A DNA stretch of 64,000 nt. Origin: Felis catus (lineage: Eukaryota). The stretch spans positions 205,718,001 to 205,782,000 of the forward strand of contig NC_058368.1 of NCBI RefSeq assembly GCF_018350175.1, written 5' to 3'. The position numbers were made by a program, and so were the translations under genes. The notes below the pieces were generated by a model. The model made no database searches and was not told the DNA's origin. It saw only the letters and a list, made by a program, of their open reading frames with translations. Shown here piece by piece: positions 12,280-24,932 of the stretch (positions are counted from its first letter, which is position 1; the number at the start of each line of letters is the position of its first letter).

Positions 12280-13900
12280 ACTGGACCAGGAAGTCACATC
12301 AAAGGGCCCAGCAAGACCCTGGGCAAAGCAGCTGGGTGAACCAAGTTACAAAGAAGCCAAGGAAAGCTGCAGAATGGCGAGAAAAGGCAGAGACGCATAG
12401 GAGGGATAAGACGGGAGGAGGGAGGCGAGGAGGGAGGGGAGAGAGCAGAAAGCCGAGCACGGACGTCAGGAACAAAAGCTCCGGCGGAGTCTGGCGGAGG
12501 CACTAGGGGAGCACGGGGTGTTTTGAATAATTATTAAAATTAGCATGTGTCTGCGCCATCCTGTGGGTGTGGCGCAGAGCGGAGTGTAAACTCTAGCGGG
12601 GCCGGAGCAAACACTGGATTAGCGGCAGCAGCCTGCCAGCCTGCCCGGGAGTGTGGGGACCAGCGCGCGGCACGCCGACCGGCACGATGGCCTCGTCTCA
12701 GGGGAAGAGCGAGCTGAAATTCGCCGACTGGATGGCAACTCTGCCGGACAGCATCCACAGCATCCCCCTCACCAATTTAGCCATCCCAGGTAGGCGCGCA
12801 GAGGCTGCCGACGGGGCGCTCCACCCGCCCCGCCCTGCATGATCTGCCACGAAGTGGTAACTTGCCACGCTGCCCGAGGGAGAGGAGCTCGTCCCCAGGG
12901 GTGGGTCTCCGGCCAGGCGAGCGCGCGCTGGGAGCCTCGGGCCTCCTGGCGTTTTGCAAACCTCTGGGGACCGTGGCGCGGCGAGTCAAGGTGACTGCTG
13001 TTGCACTGGGCTGTGAAAGCAGGCAGGCTGTGCGAGAGGACTGGGGCAGGGGGAAGCCTCGGCCCTAGGGTCCTCCTCGTGCCCCCTCCCACGGTTTTCC
13101 TCCCAGACTCGGGGTGGGGGGCGGGCGGGGGCGATTTCTGGGTCTGCGGGGTGACTGTGCGCGGGGAGCGCGAGCTGGCGTCCGAGGGCTCGGCTCCGGC
13201 TGCGGCTCGTGGACCTCCGACTCCATCCCTGTCACGGAGTCGAGCGGATTTGGTAGATTCTCGGTTAGAACCTACCCGAACCATTAATATTCGTCCCCAG
13301 TCTCCTTTAAAGAGACAAAGCGCTTCCCGAAGAGCGATGAAAGTTCGGGGACCCGCGGCGGCGTGACCACTGCCCTTGACGGGGAGCTGAAGGGAGCGAG
13401 GGGCGGAGGGGCGCCGCTTCCCGGTTTGCGTGGACTCGGCGGGCTTGGCCCCGTGGTCACCGTCTGGATTGCGTTCCGAGTGCTGTTAGCGTCGTATAGC
13501 GCCCGGGTCAGGAAAGCAAACCCTTGCGGACCGAGCGTCTGTGTTGCTTGGGACAGAAGCCCAGCAGGGAAACCTGCGTGAGCGGCGGCCGAGGGTGCGA
13601 TGAACTGGCCAACCAAAGGGGAAAAAGCGGACAGTGCGAGCGTCCAGACAGCCTAGAAGGAAGTCCGGCAAAGCGAGGAAGAGACGCGAGGGACCCAGAG
13701 TCTTCAGCATGGCGCGCGCGCGGTTTAGACCAGAGAACTAGGCAGCTTTCTGGGGCGGGAGCGCTCAGTAGCCCCTAGCTCAGGTGTGCAAGAGAGAGGG
13801 ACATTTCAGGGCGGACTACTACGGTGAGAGCTGGGGCCACGGCCATACTTGGTTACCAATTTGACTCTTCACTTGGGCTGCGGGTGCAGATGTCTGATCC
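12280..13900 (+). promoter_or_regulatory. PLCXD3: CpG island: PLCXD3 promoter, 5' UTR and start of intron 1
   Basis: Sharp rise in GC and CpG density relative to the AT-rich flanks. CRE-like GGACGTCA at 12461-12468. Exact TSS not determinable from sequence. Confidence 0.85.
12687..12789 (+). CDS. PLCXD3: PLCXD3 (PI-specific phospholipase C X-domain containing 3), first coding exon, 103 nt
   Basis: ATG at 12687 in strong Kozak context (ACGATGG). Translation MASSQGKSELKFADWMATLPDSIHSIPLTNLAIP+G matches the recalled mammalian PLCXD3 N-terminus. Canonical donor CAG|GTAGGC at 12789/12790 splits the Gly codon of the IPGSHDS motif (phase 1). Lies in a CpG island. Confidence 0.95.
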
Positions 13901-16900
13901 CTCCAGGACCCGGCTAAAGGACAATTTACCCAAAGGTAGTCCATCCCTAGCCCAGAGCTCAGCCTGGTTATCAAGTTCACCCTTCTGGTCTATCTCCTCT
14001 TGACCTGCCCCATCCAGCGCCCCCTCTCAGCCACTGGAGGAAGACATAATAAAGAGGAAAGGAGAAAAAACAAGAGAGAAGGGTTCTTTTGAAAAATCCC
14101 AACAGGCTCTATCTAGCCAGCAGCGCTGGAATTGATCAGTAACTCAAATCAGTGGTCGTTAGTCAAGTGGATGTTTGGCTCCTAGGACAGGCACAGGTTG
14201 CATTCTGAGGGCCAACCCCTGAAGGAAGGGTTTGTCTCCTTTTGCCCTTCTTCAAGAGGTTGCTTCCCAAGAGCCCAGGTATCTCCGAGGAAAAGAACAA
14301 CCCAGCTTCTCCACCCTGCACTTACCCTGAGACCCGGGTGAACCTCCAAATTGCTCTTTTGAAGGAGACGATAGAAAGTGCACAACTTTGTTGGCAAAAT
14401 TTCACTCTCACTTCCACAGGCGTTCCTATCTTTTCTTGCTTTTTATTTGGCTTGTAGACGGTTGCTTTCATATGATCTCACCTGAGCATTTCTGTACACA
14501 TAGAAAGTAATAAAGGCAAGGACTCTGATGCCAGCCTTCTGATAGATGACTCACCAGATATGCAGGGGGTTTAAAAGCCTAAGTTCACATTGCTAGTTCT
14601 GAGGGATGGTATGATACTATGTCAGAATCTATATTACATTTCTCTAATTCTTCACCTTTCAAAGCCGTAGTATTTACACCAGATCACATAATCCTTCCCC
14701 AAACCTCATGAAGCACACTGGTTCTATTAACTCCATTTCATAGATGCAGCTCAGTGAAGGCAAATGATGTACCATCAGATAAATGATCTGGCCCCTAAAG
14801 TGGTCCTTGGGGAAAGTCTCCTAAGACTTTTAATAGGGAAACACATTGGGATTTGTATCGGGGTGACTCAGTGGCGAGAACTACTAACCAGGGTGAGGGG
14901 ACAAGGAACAAGGCATTAGCAGGATATAGGGCAATTTTCCTTTTCTTCCCATGGGTCAAAGTGAAACCTGAGGTCAGAGACTTTGATATTCTGCTTGTCT
15001 TCCAGTAGAGGCATTGGGGGTGAGACTGGGAGGCTTCACATGAGACCCATTTTGAATATGGTACTAGAGGGGCTGTGGCATTGGACACAGTGGGAATTTT
15101 CACTGCTTTCCCAACCCTTCTTAATATTATACTCAAAGCGAATCCCCTGCAAAGCATCCCATTCTCACCCCCAATACTTCTGAGAAAAAAAAATGTTTTG
15201 CCAAATCCACACCCCTGAATTTCCCCATGTAAAGTAGGTTTGGTAGATCCATACATATAAATCTAGGTGTAAAAATGGGTTTGGTACTTTTCTGCATTGC
15301 TCAACTGTGAGAATTTTTGGAGGAAAAAAGACATTCAAACTTTGATACAGAAGACTAATTGGAGACTATTAAACACTAATGGAATAATTGCCTTAAAATC
15401 ATGCTAATAGCTTCCTGGCTGCTACATGTTTACTTGGCCAGTTGCTGCAGCTTGAATTAAGTAATTATCTCCACCATTTAAAACCACTCCTGATGCACCA
15501 TACAAGTGGTGCATCTGTGGAAGGGAACGCCTGCTCGGTCATCCACTAAGTTCAGGTTTTCTTAGGTGAAGCAACCAGAGAGTGCTTGATAATGAGGCTA
15601 CCCTCTTGGGGCAGCTGACCCAGATTATTCACGGCTAGTGCAAAGAACAATATGCAGGTGCGCGATATTCCCCACCATGAGTGCAGTTCTGGCATCTCTA
15701 AACATTTCTCTCCTGTCTGCGTCTTTAATGCTTTCAGAACCAAATCGCTTACTGGCTGTTTTGCATTTAAATGGCGTCATGATTTGGTATTGACTGGCCT
15801 AAGGAATTAAGTTAGTATTAGTAGTTTTTGCTTCTAGTCTACTTTTCAAAAGAATGGTACTGTCAGAATACGTTGACAGTTACTCAGATTTTAGTCTCAT
15901 TCGTCATTTCTTCCAGCCTCTGATGACACCAAACTAAATTTTCATTCATACATGTTTCTTTAAACAATATCCTGCAATTTTGGGTTATGAATGATACTTC
16001 CTCTCACTATGGGCAGGTGAGAGAGGATCGACAGAGATGCAGACAGAAAGAGAGACTATAAAATTCAGGTGAGAGCGAGTCTGATGAATTTCTGGCATCA
16101 TTACAGTAGAGTTCTAACTCTATAATCATGGTGCCTCCAGAACCATGGTAAAGAGATCCATCATTGGAGCAACCAAGCTGGTGCTTGATATGGCTAAAGT
16201 GTTAGTGATCTGGGTCTATGATAGGTAGTCATTCTGTCCAAAATTTGAAACATCGGGAAGGGTTTTATTATTCCATGGGAGGGATCGGCTGTGCGTTTTC
16301 TGATATGTGATGAAAATCTTCTTCACATAATGCAGCAAACTGACCAAGTGACAATGAAAGATGGGCTAAAATATGTGGTATTGGAACTCAGAGAGGATGT
16401 ATGTTTCCTTGGCATTGGAGGAGTTCATGGAGAAGTGGAGACCTCAAGATGGACCCCACAATCAGAGGCTCCTTACCCCACCCCTATCCTTGGAATGTGT
16501 TTTCCACACCTGGAGCCCTTTTCAAGGATGCTGCCTTAAGAGAGTAAGTTGTTATTGAGACCATCTGGCAGTACGCGTGACTGAATCTGGGTAAGGCCTC
16601 TAAGATTCTGGTGGGTGGGTGCAAAGATGTACTCTTCTTGAGGCCACTGAAGACAAGCCTTGTATGTAGGTTCTCTTGCTTTACTAAACTTGCCACCTAC
16701 CAGGCTGGGGGGGGGGGGGCCTGCTTCTTTCTTTGGTCTCTCCTGCCCTCTGTGTACACAGGTCAGGGTTTAAACCAACGCTTAAACTTTCGATAAGGAA
16801 CACAGAAATACTTTGGAAATCAATAATCATGCTGTTGATTTTGTTCATTTCTTCCAGAAAATGCCAATGGCAATGAAAAAGAGCAGTTTTACTTAGAGAA

Positions 16901-17424
16901 ATTAGATGTTTATATGGTCCTGATTTCTGTGTTCTTGTGTCTGCTTTCATTAGTTTTTAATGTCTTTCCCTACAACGATCTCTTCTTGTTGCCAGTATTT
17001 CTGGAGCCAGCTGTCTTTTTCCTTTTCCTTGTAACTTACTATTTCTGTTTTGATTGGGATGAGACCATCTACAGGACATATCTAGGATTGGGTCTAATTG
17101 TACAAATTTCTTTTAAAAAGCAAGTTTTTTTCCCTATAATTTTAGGATGGTGACACTGAGATTAATCCTGGAAAGCAAACAAAAGCAACAAAATTGTTTA
17201 GGATGAATATCTTTCTTGTGTTGCCTTTCCAATTCCCAGTTTTGTTTTTGATTTTGCTAAAAAGGAAAAATTAAATATCTGGAACATAATTTATTCTAGG
17301 ATTTTTCTTGATGAGTTGAACTGAATCACCAAATTTTAATATAAAGTGATCCTGATGCCATTTTACAAAATGCTTTCTCATGTACATACATGTTTTCTAC
17401 ATGTTCTATCAGTAAACCTCCAAG

Positions 17425-17817
17425 GCTTTGCCACTCAAAGTTGGTCCAGGAAGCAGGGAAGGAATAGGGGAGCTTGTAGAAATGGAGCTCAGACTCCACC
17501 CCTCAGACCAGTTTAATTACAATGAGCATTTTATGTGATCCCCAGGTCTTGTTTTGTTTTTTTTTTTATGTTTATTTATTTTTGAGAGAGAGTGCGAGAG
17601 AGCGCACAGCAGGGGAGGAGCAGAGAGAGAGGGAGACACAGAATCTGAAGCAGGCTCCAGACTCCAAGCTGTCAGCACAGAGCCCTGTCGCAGAGCTCCA
17701 ACCACAAACTGTGAGATCATGACTTGAGCCGAAGTTGGACACTTAACCAACTGAGCCACCTAGGTGCTCCCCTCCCCGGGTCTTCTTATATACACATTGA
17801 AAGTTTGAAAAACACTG
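17425..17817. mobile_element. MER5-type hAT DNA transposon interrupted by a SINE
   Basis: gggagcttgtagaaat...gatccccaggt...aaagtttgaaaaacactg motifs. Confidence 0.7.
17551..17772 (-). mobile_element. Felid SINEC
   Basis: TSD TCCCCRGGTCTT at 17539-17550 and 17773-17784. Confidence 0.92.
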
Positions 17818-18441
17818 CTTTAGGGTAGCTTTAAAGAGATCCTTTATGTAAGTGGCAGAGCCAAATTTAAATATACATTTTTGAGTAAGCTCTTTCTATT
17901 GGACTATGCAGTCTATTTATGAGCGTTCCAATTTACAATCAGGCTTAGAGCCAGAATATGGGTATTTGACTCCAGGCTAATGGCCCAGGTTGGGAACATA
18001 CTGATAAGCTGATATTATAGTTCTTCATGCACCTTGAACATAAATGTGACTTAATTGCTACCTAAGTGTTCAAATTAGGTCGCTGTGATAAATGTAAAAC
18101 CTTTCCCCTCATTTCCTTAAAGTACTGCTATCAGCCATCAACAGCACTTAAAATCATCCTATCTGGTGATGCTTGTGGTCACTAATGACAATTTAGGAAA
18201 CAACCCTGTGTTGGTTCGTTGTCCATTGGTGTCATTCTTCATTATGTTACAGGCTCAGCTACTATTGTTGTATTTAAAGGTTACAGATTCATTCAATTTA
18301 TCTATAAGCTAGAACTTTTCAGTATTGCTCTTGAGTCATAGTGGTATCATGAATGCAAAATGTGTTAAATTATCAGCATCAGAAAGCCATCAAAACCATA
18401 GGTGAACAATAAATTGATGTTTTATTAAAAAGGAAATGATT

Positions 18442-18657
18442 GGGGCGCCTGGGTGGCGCAGTCGGTTAAGCGTCCGACTTCAGCCAGGTCACGATCTCGC
18501 GGTCCGTGAGTTCGAGCCCCGCGTCAGGCTCTGGGCTGATGGCTCGGAGCCTGGAGCCTGTTTCCGATTCTATGTCTCCCTCTCTCTCTGCCCCTCCCCC
18601 GTTCATGCTCTGTCTCTCTCTGTCCCAAAAATAAAATAAAAAACGTTGAAAAAAAAA
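18442..18657 (+). mobile_element. Young SINEC_Fc-type copy (CpGs intact)
   Basis: Full head, A tail. TSD AAAAAGGAAATGATT at 18427-18441 and 18658-18672. Confidence 0.95.
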
Positions 18658-18674
18658 AAAAAGGAAATGATTGA

Positions 18675-18870
18675 GGGGTGCCTGGGTGGCACAGTCGGTT
18701 AAGTGTCTGACTCTTGATCTCCGCTCAGGTCACGATCTCATGGTTTTTGAGTTCGAGCTCCACATTGGGCTCTGTGCTGATGGTGTGAAGCCTGCTTGAG
18801 ATTCTCTCTCTCCTTCTCTCTGCCCCTCCCAGTGTGTGCTCTCTCTCTCAAAATAAATAAATAAACTTAA
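18675..18870 (+). mobile_element. Older SINEC copy
   Basis: TSD AAAAAGGAAATGATTGA at 18658-18674 and 18871-18887. Confidence 0.93.
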
Positions 18871-21752
18871 AAAAAGGAAATGATTGATCTTGTTTATTTT
18901 GCAAACCATGCCTCATTTGTTTGAAGCATGGTTGACATGGAATAGATATATAAATATGGTTATAATTCACTTACTTGAATTTTAGTTATTGAACATAATC
19001 TGTGTTCTAAAACAGTTAAAAATTTTAAAAATCCTCAAATTGCTTCAATGAATAACACAATGTTTACAGGTTAAGGCTTACACACTTTACCCTTATGCAA
19101 ATTTCTCATATCTTTACTTAGAGTTTATTTTCTCATATTTGATGCCAACCCTACCCAATCCAAATAGAGAGTGAACTACAAAGAAGAGGAATATGACTGC
19201 TGAGTGTCATATATCAGCAGTAACATAGGGAATATTCATGGGGGAAGACTAACAAAAGAAGACCCAGGGACACATAAGGTAGGGTTTCCTAAACCCTGCC
19301 ACTCCCAAAGTAAAATCAGAATCATGGGGAAATTGTCTGTTTTGATACTTCCCAGACACCTCTTTAACGGACTTCCACATAGTTCTAGAAATCTCTGGTA
19401 AAATTCTTAAGTATGCTTTATAAGCTGATTTTGGGGGCTACCACATACATGGTATCCGCCATTTTTCTTCTTTCCTGTTTTGAGGACACTTTAAGGAGTT
19501 GTCACTTTTGCTGATTGGACATCTACAGGACCTGTGCTTCCACAATTTTTATACCCACAATACCACTGCTGCTGACAATCCCGCCACGGCCAGAGCTATG
19601 TCTGCAGAGACCCAACGTTGAGGATGTTAGTGTGTAAAAAAGGCCCTGGATTCCACTGTGGTCAGAGGCTCCCAGAACTGGTTTCCCTATTGTGGAAGCT
19701 GCTGATGCCAACTTCTGACCTGGTCTGCCATCACTGCTTGAGCTACGAATGCCAACAGTGACAGAAACTTTTAATATTTTTGCCTAGTAGGGATGTCAGC
19801 AAAAGAGCTTTCTGAATTTATATTGATTCTTTTGTTGTTGCCCCTTACCCTAGAACTCAGGTATGAGTTTATAAAATAGAAGATAATATGTAGGATAGAC
19901 TTTGTTCCTTACTGTGAATTATTCTCAATTTTAGCCCACTCTCCATGTGCACGTGTGTGCGTACACACATATAGTGGTTATCGACTTTAACTATTTTTCC
20001 AAGAAGCTTGTCTTTTCCCTCTGCCCTGTAAGTAGGCCTCTGGTGGGTGCTACCTAATTAATCCTTCCTCTGGACGGGTCCAGAGTAGGAATGCAGCTGG
20101 GGTCTATATTGTTTTTGGTGAGCAGCCTGGAACAATGTAAATAGAGCCAAATAAACTGACATACCTAAAGTAATTGCTGACACTGCCATTGTTTGAAAGC
20201 AGAATAGTAGAGTAATTGATGTACTCTGAGCCCTAAAGTTTAAATCTCATGCACACATAGATATGTATACACACGTTTTATTGTTGATCAAAGGAGTCAG
20301 CTCTGTTAATATAGAAATTTTTACCTATTACGACTAATGAAGCTGCCTCTTACCTAAAAGCATTAGTTTGGGGAAACCGGAGAACACGTCATCTCGATGA
20401 GCACTCAAGGAACTTCTGGATACAATCATGGGACTTGATAGTTTCAAGAAGTTTATATATTCTCTTATTTCTCCTTCTCTGGGTGGGGTTAGGATCCATC
20501 TTAGAAGATTGGGGGCCAGAAAAATGCCTAAATCGCATATTCCAGAAGGCAGGAAAAAGTGAGAGAGAAATTTACCATGGTTCACATGGAATTCTGCTGC
20601 CAGAAGCTTTCTACTGAGCCATATGTTTTTATTATGCTCTTTTAAGAGAGGAAGATGGGTCAGGAAGAGGGGCAGGCGGAGATGGTTAAACATTCTTGAG
20701 AAGCAGCCAGGATTAGTCACCTCCGGAGGCCAGGTACTGAAGCAGATGGCACATTGATTTGTTAGATGTGCTCTTGTTATGTTCCTATCTTTCATCACAG
20801 ACCCTGGGAATGGACAGCTCTGTTACCACTCTATCTTAAATGCCAGCCAATACTACGTTTCACATAGAATTCTTCCTGTGAATTAATTTTTAGGAAGCAG
20901 CTATGTTTATCCTTAGTCAACATTATAAATGATAGTTGTGTTCCTTGATCTACTTGGAGAATTTACTTCATGAAGAAAAGTGGACTAAGATGAATGGATA
21001 ATCTTAGTTGCCTGCTAGGCTTTCCTGGAGGTCCTCTCTGGCTTCTTGGGTGGCGAAGAGGAAGATGTGCTTGAAGGTGTCCTAATGGGCAAATGGGAAC
21101 TTATCTCAATGCATGTCTCAGGCCACATTGCACTATGGAAGGAGGAGGGGCAAGGGGAGGAAGAGGAGGAGAAGGAAGTCCAGGGCTGCCTTTTGTAGAG
21201 TTAGCTCTGAACATACTCCTGCCATGTCTTGCCCTGAGCTTTTCTCCCAGGAAAGGGTAGGGGAGAGGCGATGTTTGGGGGTTGGGGTAGGTGGTCAGGG
21301 GGAAGTGAAGATACTGACTTGAAAGTTGCTAGAAGGAAAGGCTACAGAACTGTTTTGTTTAGACTTAAGCACACCCTCAGGTCCTTATTTCTCCTTGTAT
21401 CTGTTCAGATTCCTTGGGTCCAGCATTAGAGTCCCAGTCTTGAAAATGTCCTTAATTCTCTTATCTCACTCTTTCTATCTGTTTACCTGGAAAAGCTTCA
21501 ACTTCATTAACCTCTATTTTTTTTTTAACTTATTTAAATCCCAGAAAATTTCAGTGGCTAAACATTACTGGTGGAAAAATTACATAGCCTGGATGCCTCA
21601 ACTCACTAGAAATTTCTGACCCTATATCTTATTGTACATCCCCAGTAAATTAGTTTCCCTGTTCTCTAAGATGATAATTTCATATTTCTTCTTGCTCCTC
21701 AAATCAACTTGCTCCTTCCCACCTCACTCTAAACTTAGGACCTCATCTTGTG

Positions 21753-21756
<4 letters not shown>

Positions 21757-21808
<52 letters not shown>
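21757..21808. repeat. (AC)26 microsatellite
   Basis: Read directly. Confidence 0.97.
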
Positions 21809-21811
<3 letters not shown>

Positions 21812-22359
21812 ATACGTACAGAGAAGAACTTCCTCAGTTTCCCATCATTAACCCAGCAACCTACCTGCACTGGTTTCTACACATTCTGCTTTTTCTTTAC
21901 GTAAGAGAAAGCCCTGGATATGTTCCTCCCTAAGTCCATCTTCTCTACTTGTGGTCTGGATCATATCCATTTAAATCTCCTCAGAGTTTACTCCCAAATT
22001 CATCCCCTCTCTCTCCTGTGTCATTATTTTTCTCTACCTCTAATGGATCACTCCAGTCACTATACAAACATGTTATTATTGCCCCTCTTAAAAAAAAAAG
22101 CCCTCTGGCTCCATACCAGCCTCTCTCTCCACTGTACTATTTCTCTCTGATATTTGTAAAAACACTCCTCTGTCTTGAAGTTTCTTCCTTTTTTCTCTTT
22201 ATTCCATGCTAATCTCATTATTTCCCTACCACTGGCACTAAAATTGTTTTTATCACGTTTGTCAGTGATCTGTATTTTGCCAAAGCAAATGGTTAATTCT
22301 ATATCATCTTATTTGATCTTTCAAAATCATTTGATGTGTTTGACCCCACATCCTTTCTT

Positions 22360-22600
22360 TTTTTTTTTTTTAATTTTTTTTTTAATTTTTTTTTTTTTAA
22401 CGTTTATTTATTTTTGGGACAGAGAGAGACAGAGCATGAACGGGGGAGGGGCAGAGAGAGAGGGAGACATAGAATCGGAAACAGGCTCCAGGCTCCGAGC
22501 CATCAGCCCAGAGCCTGACGCGGGGCTCGAACTCACAGACCGCGAGATCGTGACCTGGCTGAAGTCGGACGCTTAACTGACTGCGCCACCCAGGCGCCCC
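22360..22600 (-). mobile_element. Young SINEC_Fc-type copy
   Basis: TSD CCACATCCTTTCTT at 22346-22359 and 22601-22614. Long A-rich tail. Confidence 0.95.
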
Positions 22601-22648
22601 CCACATCCTTTCTTAGACATGTTCTTCCTTTGGCTTCTTATGGCACTT

Positions 22649-23611
22649 AAAAAAATTGTGGTAAAAACACACAGCACGAGATTAACCCTGTTTTTAAGTG
22701 TATAGTATTATTAGCTATAAATATAGTGGTGTGTAGTATATCTCTAGAACTTTTTCATCTTGCATGACTGAAGTTTTATATCCATCAAATAACAACTTCC
22801 CATTTCCTCCCTCCACCACCCCTGGCAACCACCATTCTACTTTTGCTTTGATGGGTTTGACTACTTGATGCCATTTGAATGTAGTATTTGTCTTCCGTAT
22901 CTGGCTTATTTCACTTGCCATAATGTCCTCAGGTTTCATTCAGCATATGACAGTATTTCCTTCATTTTTATGGCTGAGTAATGTTCCATTGTATGTATAT
23001 TCTACATTATATTTATCTGTTCATCCATTGATGGACAGTAGGGTTGTTTCTACATCTTGGCTGTTGTGAATAATGGTACAAGGAACATGGGAATGCTAGT
23101 ATCTCTTTAATATCCTTATTTCAGTTTTTTTTATAAATACCCAAATATGGAATTGCTGGATCTTATAGTAGTTCTGTTTGTATTTTTTTTGAGGATCTGC
23201 CATATTGTTTTCCATAGCACCTGTATCATTTTACAGTCCCATCAGTAGTAAACAAGGGTTCCAATTCTCCACATTTTCACCAACATTTATTTTCTGTTGT
23301 TGTCTTTGATAATGACCTTCCTATCAGGTATGAAGTGATATCTCATTGCAGTTTTGATTTTAATTTCCGTGATGATTACTGATGTTGAACATCTTTTCAT
23401 ATACCTGTTGGCTATTTTTATGTCTTTTTTTGGAGAACTGTCTATTCAAGTCTTTTGCCATTTTTAAAGTTATTTGGTATTTTGCTATTTGGTTGTAGGG
23501 GTTAATTATATATTTTAGAAATTAATACCTTATTGATATATTGTTTGAAAATATTTTCTCCCATTTCAGAGGTAGCCTTTTCACTCTATTAATTGCTCAA
23601 TTACTTTCTTG
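22649..23611 (-). mobile_element. Old L1 (L1MA/MB-class) 3' end, host of the felid L1
   Basis: Old-L1 3' UTR and ORF2-end motifs. Sequence resumes after the TSD at 31643. Confidence 0.85.
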
Positions 23612-24840
23612 CATGTGGAAGTTTTTTTATTTTTATTTATTTTTTATTAAAAATTTTTTTAATATGAAATTTATTGTCAAATTGGTTTCCATACAACACC
23701 CGGTGCTCATCTCAACAGGTGCCCTCCTCAATGCCCATCACCCACTTTCCCCTCTCCCCCAGCCCCCCGTCAACCCTCAGTTTATTTTCAGTGTTTAAGA
23801 GTCTCTTATGGTTTGCCTCCTTCCCTCTCTGTAACTTTTTTTCCCCCGTCTCCTGCCTGCTGGTCTTCTGTTGAGTTTCTCAGGATCCACATAAGAGTGA
23901 AAACATATGGTATCTGTCTTTCTCTGCCTGACTTATTTCACTTAGCATAACACTCTCCAGTTCCATCCACATTGCTACAAATGGCCAGATTTCATTCTTT
24001 CTCATTGCCAAGTAGTATTCCGTTGTATATATAAACCATATCTTCTTTATCCATTCGTCAGTTGATGGACATTTAGGCTCTTTCCATAATTTGGCTATTG
24101 TTGAAAGTGCATTGGGGTACAAGTGCCCCTATGCATCAGCACTCCTGTATCCCTTGGGTAAATTCCTAGCAGTGCTATTGCTGGGTCATAGGGTAGTTCT
24201 ATTTTTAATTTTTTGAGGAACCTCCACACTGTTTTCCAGAGTGGCTGCACCAGTTTGCATTCCCACCAACAGGGCAAGAGGGTTCCTGTTTCTCCACATC
24301 CTCGCCAGCATCTATAGTATCCGGATTTGTTCATTTTAGCCACCCTGACTGGTGTGAGGTGGTATCTGAGTGTGGTTTTGATTTGTATTTCCCTGATGAG
24401 GAGTGACGTTGAGCATCTTTTCATGTGCCTGTTGACCATCCGGATGTCTTCTGTTTTTTTTTTTTTTTAATTTAATTTTTTATTTTTAAAAATTTACATC
24501 CAAATTAGTTAGCATATAGTGCAACAATGATTTCAGGAGTAGATTCCTTAGTGCCCCTTACCCATTTAGCCCATCCCCCCCTTCCACAACCCCTCCAGTA
24601 ACTCTCAGTTTGTTTTCCATATTTATGAGTCTCTTCTGTTTTGTCCTCCTCTCATTTTTATGTTATTTTTGCTTCCCTTCCCTTGTGTTCATCTGTTCTA
24701 TGTCTTAAAGTCCTCATATGAGTGAAGTCATGATTTTTGTCTTTCTCTGACTAATTTCACTTAGCATCATACCCTCCAGTTCCATCCATGTAGTTGCAAA
24801 TGGCAAGATTTCATTCTTTTTGATTGCTGAGTAATTCTCC

Positions 24841-24842
<2 letters not shown>

Positions 24843-24930
<88 letters not shown>
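24843..24930. repeat. Compound (TG)20(TA)24 microsatellite
   Basis: Read directly; lies inside the L1 3' region. Confidence 0.95.

Positions 24931-24932
<2 letters not shown>

Larger units (their letters stand above)
21550..22645 (+). mobile_element. L2 (LINE-2), 5' part; continues at about 39145
   Basis: L2 RT-region motifs (ttgccaaagcaaatggt...atcttatttgatctttc...catttga...ttcttcctttggcttc). Confidence 0.65.

Noticed and set aside
12651..12842. 63-aa ORF as a complete protein
   Set aside because: It begins at a GTG upstream of the true ATG (12687) and reads through the splice donor at 12790 into intron.
13626..13712. REST/NRSE site (GGACAGTGCG and TTCAGCAT half-sites)
   Set aside because: Half-sites are in the wrong order and about 65 bp apart.
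12769..13778. Long overlapping ORFs (up to 171 aa) in the CpG island
   Set aside because: GC-rich DNA is poor in stop codons; low-complexity Pro/Ala/Gly/Arg products with no recognisable domain.
14795..15256. 153-aa ORF (and similar 150-aa ORFs at 20334-20798 and 40046-40507)
   Set aside because: No recognisable homology, exon structure or codon bias; antisense intronic, partly overlapping old repeats.
18442..18520. tRNA genes or CRISPR-like repeats suggested by the recurring ~200-bp units
   Set aside because: These are tRNA-derived SINE heads with CT tracts, A tails and TSDs; they are dispersed, not arrayed.
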